Origin: an uncultured Candidatus Saccharibacteria bacterium
GTDB taxonomy: Bacteria; Patescibacteriota; UBA1384; DTJR01
DNA length: 64,000 nucleotides
Assembly (NCBI GenBank): GCA_964487045.1
Contig: CAZAOT010000002.1
Location: 53,305 to 117,304, forward strand
Reading direction: 5' to 3'
Shown piece after piece: positions 55,883 to 64,000 of the stretch. The position numbers and the translations under genes are program-made. Positions within the stretch are counted from its first letter, which is position 1. Each line of letters starts with the position of its first letter. A model generated the notes under the pieces. It saw only the letters and a program-made list of their open reading frames with translations, was not told the DNA's origin and searched no databases.

Positions 55883-56925
55883 GATACAACTTTCTTAATT
55901 AAATCTACCAACCTGTTTGAATATCCCCACTCGTTATCATACCAGGCAATGACTTTGAGCATATTCCCATCCACTACCTGAGTCAATGAAAGATCAATAA
56001 TTGCAGAATGTGGATCCCCCACTATATCGGAAGATACAAGCGGTTCATTTGTCGCCCTTACAATACCCAGCCATCTGTCTGTTTCACATTCTCGAGATAG
56101 AAAGTCATTTACCTCCTCTATTGTGACATCCTTGCCAAGAAGCATCGTAATATCAGAGATTGAACCTACTGGTACAGGTACTCTGATTGAAAGTCCGTCA
56201 AATTTTCCCTTGAGACTAGGAACTGTTTTGGTTGCTGCGATTGCTGCCCCAGTTGTAGTTGGAATTGTGTTGATGGCCGCTCCCCTAGCCCTTCTTAAAT
56301 CTCGATGTGGCCCGTCGACAAGTGTTTGGTCGGCAGTATATGCATGAACGGTCGTCATCATAGACTTTTCTATCTTAAATTGTTCATCAATCATTTTGAT
56401 AATCGGTGCGATGCAGTTTGTTGTACAAGATGCATTTGAAATAATATCATCGCTCGACTTTATATCTTTGTCATTAACTCCATAAACGAAAGTGCCAACT
56501 TTATCATCTTTGGCTGGAGCAGAAATTATCACTTTCTTAGCCCCTGCCTTTAGATGAGCTCCTGCTGATTCTTTGTCCGTAAAGTGGCCGGTGGATTCTA
56601 TCACTACATCAACCCCAAGTTTTTTCCATGGCAGCTTGGATGGGTCAGCTTCTGACAAGACGCCAACCTTTTTTCCATCTACTGAAATATAACCGACAAA
56701 AGGCTCTTCGCCCTTAGCGCTTGACGAAACTTCATTTTCTAGAATGCCATAGACTGAATCATATTTAAGCAGATGAGCCAAAGTAGGTGCGTCCGCTAAG
56801 TCGTTTACCGCAACTAAATCAAAATCCGTTTTATCAAGTTCCCCAGTACTTTCTAATTCTAAAATAGCTCGAACTAATTGCCTTCCAATTCTTCCGAAAC
56901 CATTTATTGCAATTTTTATAGCCAT
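55879..56925 (-). CDS. gap: Glyceraldehyde-3-phosphate dehydrogenase
   Basis: INGFGRIGR NAD-binding motif; catalytic ASCTTNC; 348 aa. Confidence 0.9.
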   Translation of the reverse strand: MAIKIAINGFGRIGRQLVRAILELESTGELDKTDFDLVAVNDLADAPTLAHLLKYDSVYGILENEVSSSAKGEEPFVGYISVDGKKVGVLSEADPSKLPWKKLGVDVVIESTGHFTDKESAGAHLKAGAKKVIISAPAKDDKVGTFVYGVNDKDIKSSDDIISNASCTTNCIAPIIKMIDEQFKIEKSMMTTVHAYTADQTLVDGPHRDLRRARGAAINTIPTTTGAAIAATKTVPSLKGKFDGLSIRVPVPVGSISDITMLLGKDVTIEEVNDFLSRECETDRWLGIVRATNEPLVSSDIVGDPHSAIIDLSLTQVVDGNMLKVIAWYDNEWGYSNRLVDLIKKVVS

Positions 56926-56953
56926 AATGATCTCCCTCCTTATTAAATAGAAT

Positions 56954-57913
56954 TTAATTAACCGGGTTCTTAGCCGGCCTTCCCGCTAAAACTTCAATAA
57001 TATTTTCGCAAACGCATTCCCCCATCGCTCGCCTTGCTTCAAGAGTTGCGCTGGCAATATGCGGGGTCAAAACTACATTTTGTAGTTTATATAGCTCCTC
57101 GCTAACATCGCCCTCTTTCTCAAAGACATCTAGCCCGGCGGCAAAAATCTCACCATCACGAAGTGCATTAATAAGCGCATCCTCATCGATGATAGCTCCC
57201 CTAGCAGTATTTATTAGGATAGCTGACTTCTTCATTGCTTTTAGCTCACTAGAGCCAATCATGTGGCGGGTAGAGTCCAAAAGTGGCACATGGATTGAAA
57301 TAAAATCACTGCGCTCTATAAGAGTGTTAAGCGAAACATGATCAGCCTGAAAATTTCTTTCAACTTCTTCGTTCTTGTTGATATCGCTATAAAGAACCTT
57401 CATACCGAAGCCATGATATGCTATTTGGCAAAGAGCCTGACCAATTCTACCAATTCCAATTATGCCCAAAGTTTTACCAGCAATTTCAGGTCCTAACAAT
57501 AAATTAGGTTCCCAGAGATCATACTTATCAGCTCTTACATATCTATCACCTTCGACTATACGCCTTGCGCATGCAAGCATAAGAGCCATAGCGTGCTCTG
57601 CAACGGCTTGGGTCATAACCTCAGGCGTATTTGTAACTACAATCCCCTTCTCTTTCGCATAAGAGACATCGATATTGTCAAATCCAACCGCATAATTAGC
57701 GATGATTTTTAATTCCGGCAGAAGGGCATCAATAATTTCTTTATCTATCTTATCGCTGAGCAAAGTAACTACAGCCTCTGAGCCCTTAGCCCTGCGGATG
57801 AATTCTGGTTTAGCAAGTGACTCGTCCTTTTCGTTTATTTCAATTTGACACTGTTTTCTTTCTAAATGTTCTATACCTTCTTTATCGATCGGACGCGATA
57901 TAAATACTTTCAT
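56954..57913 (-). CDS. D-isomer-specific 2-hydroxyacid dehydrogenase (glycerate / phosphoglycerate dehydrogenase-like)
   Basis: NAD-binding GIIGIGRIGQA; catalytic Arg/Glu/His region (ILINTARG...HIAS). Confidence 0.75.
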   Translation of the reverse strand: MKVFISRPIDKEGIEHLERKQCQIEINEKDESLAKPEFIRRAKGSEAVVTLLSDKIDKEIIDALLPELKIIANYAVGFDNIDVSYAKEKGIVVTNTPEVMTQAVAEHAMALMLACARRIVEGDRYVRADKYDLWEPNLLLGPEIAGKTLGIIGIGRIGQALCQIAYHGFGMKVLYSDINKNEEVERNFQADHVSLNTLIERSDFISIHVPLLDSTRHMIGSSELKAMKKSAILINTARGAIIDEDALINALRDGEIFAAGLDVFEKEGDVSEELYKLQNVVLTPHIASATLEARRAMGECVCENIIEVLAGRPAKNPVN

Positions 57914-57921
57914 TTTTTCTC

Positions 57922-58878
57922 CTAAATCGCAGAAAACTTTAATATCTTATTTTGATCAAGCTTCTTCATAATTTCGTGTGTAGTTAGCGACCCCGTGGTT
58001 GAACCCATCTCTTCGACAACAGATGCTGAATTGACCATTCCCCACTTTGCAGACTCCTCTAGTGAATTACCTTTTATTATGCCGCCTAGAAGAGCGCCTG
58101 CAAACGCATCGCCTGCTCCAGTTGAATCTTTCACTTTGGCAACTGCACTATGCATATGAAAATAGCTATCCTGACTCGCAAAATATGCACCGTTTTTGCC
58201 GTCAGTGATCACTGCTACATTTGTACCAAGTGAAATAATTTTTGCAAGCTGGTCTTTAATATCTTTTGCACCAAATAATTCATCTGCTTCTTCTCGATTT
58301 ATTATTAGCAAGGAAGTATATGGAAGAAGTGGTCTGAATAAATCAAAGTCTCTCAAAATAAAGCTACCTGGATTAAAAATTAGTTTCGATCCATTTGCGA
58401 CTGAGGCTCTTACGCTACTTATCAAATCTTCACACCCCTCTCCGGCAGAAGCGAGATAAATATAGTCGGATTTAGGTAATTTCAAACGCGAGTAATTTCT
58501 CTTTAGATGATTGGAAAGTACTGTCCGCTCACCTTTAAACAATAATATAAAAGATTGATTTGTCGTCTGATCAATTATGACGTTATCGTGACTAATTTTA
58601 TTAGAATCCAAATGACCAATTATTTCTCTTCCTTCGAAATCTTTCCCAACAAACGAAACTAAATTTACATCTATATCCAAGGCAGAAAGATTCGTTGATA
58701 CATTTAAAGCGCTACCGCCAAAAGATTTATAGACCTCTTCTATAGGAATTTTTTCTCCGTAACTAAAACAAATTTTTTTATCCTGAGAGCTTGGCTGGAT
58801 CAATCCAGCATCTTGTCCACCAATAACCAAAAAATGATCAGTAGAGCAATCCCCTACTACTGCTACTTTTATATTCAT
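57922..58878 (-). CDS. PfkB-family carbohydrate/nucleoside kinase
   Basis: C-terminal DSTGAGDAFAGALLGG anion-hole motif of the ribokinase superfamily. Confidence 0.75.
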   Translation of the reverse strand: MNIKVAVVGDCSTDHFLVIGGQDAGLIQPSSQDKKICFSYGEKIPIEEVYKSFGGSALNVSTNLSALDIDVNLVSFVGKDFEGREIIGHLDSNKISHDNVIIDQTTNQSFILLFKGERTVLSNHLKRNYSRLKLPKSDYIYLASAGEGCEDLISSVRASVANGSKLIFNPGSFILRDFDLFRPLLPYTSLLIINREEADELFGAKDIKDQLAKIISLGTNVAVITDGKNGAYFASQDSYFHMHSAVAKVKDSTGAGDAFAGALLGGIIKGNSLEESAKWGMVNSASVVEEMGSTTGSLTTHEIMKKLDQNKILKFSAI

Positions 58879-58918
58879 TAATTAAATTCTACCCTTCTCT
58901 AGATATAAAGGCAACGCG

Positions 58919-59458
58919 CTAAACCTTAAGAAAACTCACTTTCTTTCCCTTAGTATCGAGAGTAGCATACTCACCATTTTGAAGAGTCGGCACTTGAACC
59001 ATAAATGTAGATGGATACTGAACGGCGGTTTTTCGTGAGTGGAGATGCCCACTAATATGAATTTCTGGAGCATTATTTAGCTTATTTTTTAAAATAGAGA
59101 CAAGTGGAGGCCGATGTGTAACCAAAATCTTACCAGATAGTTCGCCCGCATTAGCCAAGGCCTCTTCATGATCACATATTCCGCATATCCCATCACGGCA
59201 AACCTGGTTAACTGAATACTTACTTTCGTGAAGCATCGTACTCGCACCGCCTTCATCAGCATTACCACAAATCACATAACCATTCACACCATGCTCATCG
59301 AAAAGGGCAAATATTTTTTCAAGAAAATCAGTGTCTGAATTTTGCGTAATATCACCCGAGATAATTACCCCCTCAGGAGATTCTCTTTTTATAATAAGAT
59401 CGATAAATTTAAGTGTTTTTTGAGCCGAATGTAGATCAGAAATTAATACTAATTTCAT
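58919..59458 (-). CDS. Metallophosphoesterase (YfcE-like calcineurin-fold)
   Basis: ISDLH, GDITQ, GNAD and GHLH metal-ligand motifs. Confidence 0.65.
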   Translation of the reverse strand: MKLVLISDLHSAQKTLKFIDLIIKRESPEGVIISGDITQNSDTDFLEKIFALFDEHGVNGYVICGNADEGGASTMLHESKYSVNQVCRDGICGICDHEEALANAGELSGKILVTHRPPLVSILKNKLNNAPEIHISGHLHSRKTAVQYPSTFMVQVPTLQNGEYATLDTKGKKVSFLKV

Positions 59459-60093
59459 TGCCCCAGAGCTGACTTAACTTCCGCCTCTAGATTATTGAAA
59501 TTTTCGACTGGTTTATTATTTAAAAAAATACTTGGAGTTCCCTGGAGACCGAGCGCCAGAGCATCTTCTTCGTCCTTACTTACTCTTCCCTTAACCTCAT
59601 CCGAGTTTAAGTCTTTCTCAAATTGGCTTGAATTAAGCCCTAATTTTTTTGCCAACTCTTTGACGCCATCTTCAGTTGAGTTTGGTGTTTGAGAGAAAAG
59701 TGCGTCAGACATTTCCTTGATCTTACCTTGCTTATTAGCAGCCTCTGCAGCTTGAGCAAAAATACCGGCATCGTCATGAACAACAAAATTTCGAATCTGA
59801 ACATTTACATCATTAGGAAATTTTTCAAGAACTGAGTTTATTGCCTCGTGGGCAGTTTTACAATAAGGACAGAGATAGTCTGAGAAAATAACGAGCTTAA
59901 TCTTAGCATCAGATTTTCCAACAACTGGCGCCTTATCATTGCTAATAAGCGCTGGATCAGCAGGCTTAGCCTGGGCTGTTTTAGTGGGATTATTCGTATT
60001 TGTTCCAGATGAGGATGGATTGAGTAAGTATCCCCCCATCACGAGTCCAACAGCAACTATCACGATCAGAAAAATTATTTGTGGGTTTTTCAT
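59455..60093 (-). CDS. Secreted DsbA-like thiol:disulfide oxidoreductase
   Basis: Signal/TM anchor; CPYC active site in an FSDYLCPYCKTAHE context. Confidence 0.7.
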   Translation of the reverse strand: MKNPQIIFLIVIVAVGLVMGGYLLNPSSSGTNTNNPTKTAQAKPADPALISNDKAPVVGKSDAKIKLVIFSDYLCPYCKTAHEAINSVLEKFPNDVNVQIRNFVVHDDAGIFAQAAEAANKQGKIKEMSDALFSQTPNSTEDGVKELAKKLGLNSSQFEKDLNSDEVKGRVSKDEEDALALGLQGTPSIFLNNKPVENFNNLEAEVKSALGQ

Positions 60094-60143
60094 AAGTCTT
60101 CCTTTTATTTTGCTTTATGAACTTTAACAAAAGATTTAAGCAA

Positions 60144-61109
60144 TTACAAAATTTGTGTATGGTCTAAAATTATTTTCTTTATGCTGTCAAAAGTCTGTTC
60201 ATATTTCCCTTGAAGGTTTTCGACGACAAAATCACATTCCTCTTTTCTTGAAATCTCTTTTTTAGCGATTTCCATTCTTCTAGCTATTTCTTCATCATCA
60301 TGCCCGCCGCGCTCTCTAAGTCTATACTCAATCTCATGGGTAGGAGCTGTAATAAAAATGGTTATAATATTTGAAAAATGCTTTTTGAGCTCAACTGCAC
60401 CATTAATATCTACTTCTGCAAGAATCGTCTTACCTGATTTATAAGCATCGGCAATTAAAGTATATGAGCTTCCATACCAATTATTGTCATGAAAATTTCT
60501 CTCAATTAACTTTCCTTGGTCATACATTTTCAAAAACTCGTCCTTACTAACATGAACTCGCAAAATTGGATCTTCTGGTCTTTTGAACTCGCGCGTCATA
60601 TATGTCTTAACACGTTCGAATTTATCAGGATACGTAGTCATCAAGTCTTTAATTATTACGCTCTTGCCGCAGGCAGTCGGAGCTACCAATATAATAAACT
60701 TATTCTCTTTCTTTTCTTCAAGTAATTTAATAACTATATCGATGTATTTCTTGTGAGAGGTAAACTCTAATTTTGATTTTGCCTCATCAGCTGACAAAAA
60801 TTCATACTCATCAAATTCTTCATCCTGAAGTTTTTGAACATTATCGATTTCGATCGCAACTACATTTTCAATAAACTCACCATGTTCGGACTCAAATTCA
60901 AAACTCATTTTGAGATCAGTGAAATTCAGAATCCTAACAAGTCCAAGCTCTTCCTCAATCTCCCTGAAAGCGCAATCGATATATGACTCCCCTTCTTCGC
61001 ACTTTGCAGTTGGATACTGCCAAATCTTCGTTTGCGGTCTTCGACATACTAAAAACAATGGTTTTTTATCCTTTATCTTATAGACAACCATTGATACTTT
61101 TTTTCTCAT
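60144..61109 (-). CDS. Fusion protein: N-terminal NUDIX-like domain and C-terminal guanylate-kinase-like P-loop NMP kinase
   Basis: N-terminus REIEEELGL (Nudix-box-like). C-terminus ILVAPTACGKS P-loop, YMTREFKRPED (TTRxPRxGE-like), NWYGSSY (YGT-like), IFITAPTHEIEYRLRERG. Confidence 0.5.
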   Translation of the reverse strand: MRKKVSMVVYKIKDKKPLFLVCRRPQTKIWQYPTAKCEEGESYIDCAFREIEEELGLVRILNFTDLKMSFEFESEHGEFIENVVAIEIDNVQKLQDEEFDEYEFLSADEAKSKLEFTSHKKYIDIVIKLLEEKKENKFIILVAPTACGKSVIIKDLMTTYPDKFERVKTYMTREFKRPEDPILRVHVSKDEFLKMYDQGKLIERNFHDNNWYGSSYTLIADAYKSGKTILAEVDINGAVELKKHFSNIITIFITAPTHEIEYRLRERGGHDDEEIARRMEIAKKEISRKEECDFVVENLQGKYEQTFDSIKKIILDHTQIL

Positions 61110-61366
61110 ATTTGAATCTCTATTTCTTGTCCGTCCTTGAGGCCGAGCTCATCCCAAATATCTCGCAAATCGATAAGTCGATGAGTGTGCATTTCTCCCG
61201 AACAATCACATGGAACATCATAAACTCGAAGGCTTAAATTTTTGTCATTAAGCTTATACTTTGACTCACCTAAAGAAAAATATTCCCAAAATTTTTTAGG
61301 AATTAAAATATACTTATCAATATCACTAAATTTTCGCTTTTCATTGAAATGAGCTGTGAGCTTCAT
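61106..61366 (-). CDS. Small hypothetical protein
   Basis: 86-aa ORF overlapping the downstream gene start by 4 nt; no motif recognised. Confidence 0.4.
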   Translation of the reverse strand: MKLTAHFNEKRKFSDIDKYILIPKKFWEYFSLGESKYKLNDKNLSLRVYDVPCDCSGEMHTHRLIDLRDIWDELGLKDGQEIEIQI

Positions 61367-61375
61367 ATAAATAAT

Positions 61376-62473
61376 TTATTTAGTCATTAATTTTAGACTG
61401 CTATATGCTATTCCTAGTCCAACTAGACAGATAACAAAGATTACAATTGGTCCGACAAACGGAACAAAGTTTAATAAGCCAATTATCATCGCGCCAACTA
61501 TTGCAGCAAGGTAATCAACTCGCAATTGCTTTGATTTAGTTATCCATTTAATCAAGACCGACCCAGCGAAAATTGACGCATAAGCGTACGCGAATATCCA
61601 AGCTAAGATGTACAAAAGGCCTAGCGCGAATGCGGAGAATATACCGACATAAGTAAGCGCCAAGATCAAAATTATTATTGGAGTCACAACCGTAGCAACT
61701 AGACCAGTTAGAAGTGTTGCTGAGAATTTCTCTTGTGCTTGCGTAATCAGATTTGTAATAGTTTTTCTCTGAACCCACGCGACTAACGCACCAAACAGCA
61801 TCAGCATCATTAGGCCACCTATGATTGATGAATTAGAATTTAGGACATCTTTCTGAATTTTATTGAAGCTTGGGTTTGATACGAGTGACTCAGGAAACTG
61901 AAGTTCCTTATCTGCGAAGTAGCTAAGTTTGCCTTTAATTTTTGAATTATCATCGGAGGATATTTGATCACTTATGAGCTCAACATCTTTTTCCGCAATA
62001 AATCCTTCTAAGATAATTTTTCCTGCCCCTGCTTTTACGTTGCCAGCGACCTGACCTCTTAAGTACAGGTTTCCTCCATATACATAGACATCTCCATCAA
62101 TAATACTAGGGCTTTCGAGAGATACATTGCCACCGAACATAATCAAATCGCCTTTAATGTGACTAGCGATAGTAACATCACCTGCTCCAATAACTAATCT
62201 ATTGCCTATTTCAGGCGATTTAACGCTTGCCTTAGCGCCAAAAAGGTAGGCGCTATTTTCAACTGAATTGTTTACTTCGATTTCTCCAGCAAATATCGTT
62301 AAATCGCCCTTAGTATCACTTTTGATTTTGGCAAAATTAGAAAAAATTAGCGGATTTTTCTGCTGTTTTTCAATTGTAATCATGTCTCCGCTTGAGACTT
62401 CCGCAGCTTTAGCTTGAGATCCAGTTACGCCTAAAGCTAAAATTAGAGCAAGCAAGACAAAATATCTTCTCAT
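61376..62473 (-). CDS. Membrane protein with N-terminal bactofilin-like beta-helical repeats and a C-terminal multi-TM domain
   Basis: Signal peptide; repeated GD/GN-hydrophobic beta-solenoid units (GDLTIFAGEIEVN, GDVTIASHIKGDLIMFGGNVSLE, GDVYVYGGNLYLRG); four C-terminal TM helices. Confidence 0.5.
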   Translation of the reverse strand: MRRYFVLLALILALGVTGSQAKAAEVSSGDMITIEKQQKNPLIFSNFAKIKSDTKGDLTIFAGEIEVNNSVENSAYLFGAKASVKSPEIGNRLVIGAGDVTIASHIKGDLIMFGGNVSLESPSIIDGDVYVYGGNLYLRGQVAGNVKAGAGKIILEGFIAEKDVELISDQISSDDNSKIKGKLSYFADKELQFPESLVSNPSFNKIQKDVLNSNSSIIGGLMMLMLFGALVAWVQRKTITNLITQAQEKFSATLLTGLVATVVTPIIILILALTYVGIFSAFALGLLYILAWIFAYAYASIFAGSVLIKWITKSKQLRVDYLAAIVGAMIIGLLNFVPFVGPIVIFVICLVGLGIAYSSLKLMTK

Positions 62474-62598
62474 TTTATTCTCCTTTTCTTTATGCTTAGG
62501 ATATCACTATCGCTCCTTTAATCAATCCTTTAATAATTTTTCTTACTCGACAAAGATTATTTTGTTTGATTAAATTTTACTAATATTAAAAAGGAGTT

Positions 62599-62787
62599 AT
62601 GGTGAAAATTGAAGTAGATAGAGATAAATGTATTGGATGCATGACTTGTGTCAACCTTTGCCCAGATTGTTTCGAGATGAAAGAAGGAAAAAGTTCACCA
62701 AAAGAATGCAAAGAGTGTAATTGTGACCTCAATGAAGTAGCCGAGAGTTGCCCTGTAGAGGCAATTACGATAAGCGAAAAAGAATAA
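62599..62787 (+). CDS. Small 4Fe-4S/3Fe-4S ferredoxin
   Basis: CIGCMTCVNLCP cluster motif plus distal Cys (CPVEA); 62 aa; strong terminator follows. Confidence 0.8.
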   Translation: MVKIEVDRDKCIGCMTCVNLCPDCFEMKEGKSSPKECKECNCDLNEVAESCPVEAITISEKE

Positions 62788-62804
62788 AGAAATAATACAA
62801 ACAT

Positions 62805-62840
62805 TCCCGCCCGCCTCCACCTCGGAGGCGGGCGTTTTCA
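62805..62840 (+). terminator. Intrinsic terminator after the ferredoxin gene
   Basis: CCCGCCCGCCTCC-ACCTC-GGAGGCGGGCG followed by TTTT. Confidence 0.8.
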
Positions 62841-62938
62841 TTTATAAACCATTGAATATCTATTTATACAGAGGTAATATACTAACAATACGTTCGTGAA
62901 AGAACCCCATCGGGGTTATTTGACAGGGAGGCTGTACG

Positions 62939-63319
62939 ATGAAAATGGCAGTCTGCATCACAGTGATTCTCGTTTTCTTTTCCCCAGTCGTCGCAGATGA
63001 CTCCGGCCACGACAAGGCAATCGCAGTAGAGATTGTCCTTCTCAAGGGTGTTATGACTCGCGGCGCGAGTAGGAGGAACATCGAGCTAGGCTCCGACACA
63101 AAGGTTCTCGTTAGATTCTCATGGAACAACGAGGGCTACCTCCAAGAACCCACCTATTCTCTCGAGAACAGCGCAGTCGTTGACGTGAGACTTAAGAAGG
63201 TCAGGCTCGCAGAGCGCTGCCAGCTAGACCTTGAGATCACCGCCAAATCTCCCGGCTCGACTAAGCTGAACTTCGCCGCTTGCGAACATCGCACCTTTCT
63301 AGGCTTCACGGTCAGGTGA
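62939..63319 (+). CDS. Small secreted hypothetical protein on a GC-rich insert
   Basis: Signal peptide (MKMAVCITVILVFFSPVVA); GGGAGG RBS 7 nt upstream; GC about 55% versus flanks below 40%; convergent with the dus 3' end and overlapping it. Confidence 0.45.
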   Translation: MKMAVCITVILVFFSPVVADDSGHDKAIAVEIVLLKGVMTRGASRRNIELGSDTKVLVRFSWNNEGYLQEPTYSLENSAVVDVRLKKVRLAERCQLDLEITAKSPGSTKLNFAACEHRTFLGFTVR

Positions 63320-64000
63320 TCCACCTGACTTGCCCGACCTCACAGGCCCTCCCTCGCGGATGGCCTGTTTGATTTCGGTAAATATCTCTGGGTGATTTTT
63401 GGCCCAGCGACCAATCATCACACCATCTAGATTTCCTATCTTTTTTTCAAAATCTTCTGCAGATTTAATATCACCATTTCCAAGAACTATAATGTTTGGA
63501 AATATACTTTTTATTTCAAATGCTAGAGTCCAATCAGATTCGCCTTTGTATTTTTGAGTAGGAGTACGTCCGTGTACCGATATCATATCTATTCCTGCAT
63601 CCACGAGCTGCCTTACAAACTCAATTGACTTGTTAATGTCTTTATCGGGAATTCTAATTTTGCAGCTCAGCTGTGTAGTTTTTAATACTTGGCGCATCGC
63701 CCTAATAATATCGGATGACTTTTGAGGGTCTGAAAGCTGGATAGCTCCAAATCCTTGTTTCTGAGCTTTCTGCACCGGGCAGCCAAAATTAACATCAATC
63801 CCATCTGGCTTGAGTTCCTGCTCTATCATCTTTGCCGCTTGCGCCATTACTTTTGGACTTGTACCGAATATTTGAACTATAATCGGTCGCTCAGCACTGC
63901 CAAAACTCATCATCTCCCAAGCTTGAGGAACTCGTCTTATAACGGCCTCGCTCGCTACCATTTCAGTAAACACGAGATCAGCTCCAGCTTTTCTGCAAGC
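63299..64000 (-). CDS. dus: tRNA-dihydrouridine synthase, N-terminus beyond window end
   Basis: TEMV, VNFGCPVQK (catalytic Cys loop) and ISVHGRT motifs; frame open to nt 64000; last ~20 codons encoded by GC-rich DNA. Confidence 0.8.
   Translation of the reverse strand, partial: ACRKAGADLVFTEMVASEAVIRRVPQAWEMMSFGSAERPIIVQIFGTSPKVMAQAAKMIEQELKPDGIDVNFGCPVQKAQKQGFGAIQLSDPQKSSDIIRAMRQVLKTTQLSCKIRIPDKDINKSIEFVRQLVDAGIDMISVHGRTPTQKYKGESDWTLAFEIKSIFPNIIVLGNGDIKSAEDFEKKIGNLDGVMIGRWAKNHPEIFTEIKQAIREGGPVRSGKSGGSPDREA

Noticed and set aside
1-64000. CRISPR arrays, rRNA and tRNA genes
   Set aside because: No regularly spaced direct repeats, no rRNA-like conserved blocks, and no convincing tRNA cloverleaf were seen by eye. 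A tRNAscan or Infernal run would be needed to be certain.

Overview
Low-GC (about 35-38%), gene-dense bacterial window with short genes and a reduced housekeeping set. The lineage looks like Patescibacteria/CPR, possibly Saccharibacteria-like, but that is inference from gene content only.

Core genes present:
- cell envelope: murA, mreB, a GT4 and a WecB/TagA glycosyltransferase, secDF;
- transcription/translation: nusA, clpC, a rel/spoT homolog, a HisRS-like protein, lexA, prfB, ybaB, pth, rplA-rplJ-rplL, tgt, truD, dus;
- redox/glycolysis cluster: trxB, gap, a 2-hydroxyacid dehydrogenase, a PfkB kinase, a DsbA-like protein, a desulfoferrodoxin and a ferredoxin.

RF2 is present and TGA is used as a stop, so the standard bacterial code applies.

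Accessory content:
- A ~19.6 kb segment (845-20486) is bracketed by two ~228-bp direct repeats (617-844 and 20487-20712, ~91% identical). The repeats show covariation-like substitutions and look like a structured RNA.
- The segment carries a complete Type I RM operon, hsdM-hsdS-hsdR, with three unknown ORFs translationally coupled inside it.
- It also carries an ABC-F ATPase, a DUF523/TudS-like protein, a sortase, a NYN-domain protein, a NUDIX protein, a superoxide reductase, and GC-rich foreign patches.
- A ~2.9 kb ~60%-GC island (36860-39735) encodes two secreted low-complexity proteins. One of them shares a C-terminal module with the adjacent low-GC LPXTG protein.
- Two tandem paralogous FtsK/HerA/VirD4-like P-loop ATPases (47058-52083) are followed by a 727-bp AT-rich ORF-free region with 10-bp iteron-like repeats.

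Other oddities: a HisRS without an anticodon-binding domain, a NUDIX-guanylate-kinase-like fusion plus a second GC-rich gmk, and L1 and L7/L12 with long K/E-rich N-terminal extensions. No rRNA, tRNA or CRISPR array was recognised. All calls are by eye, with no searches run.
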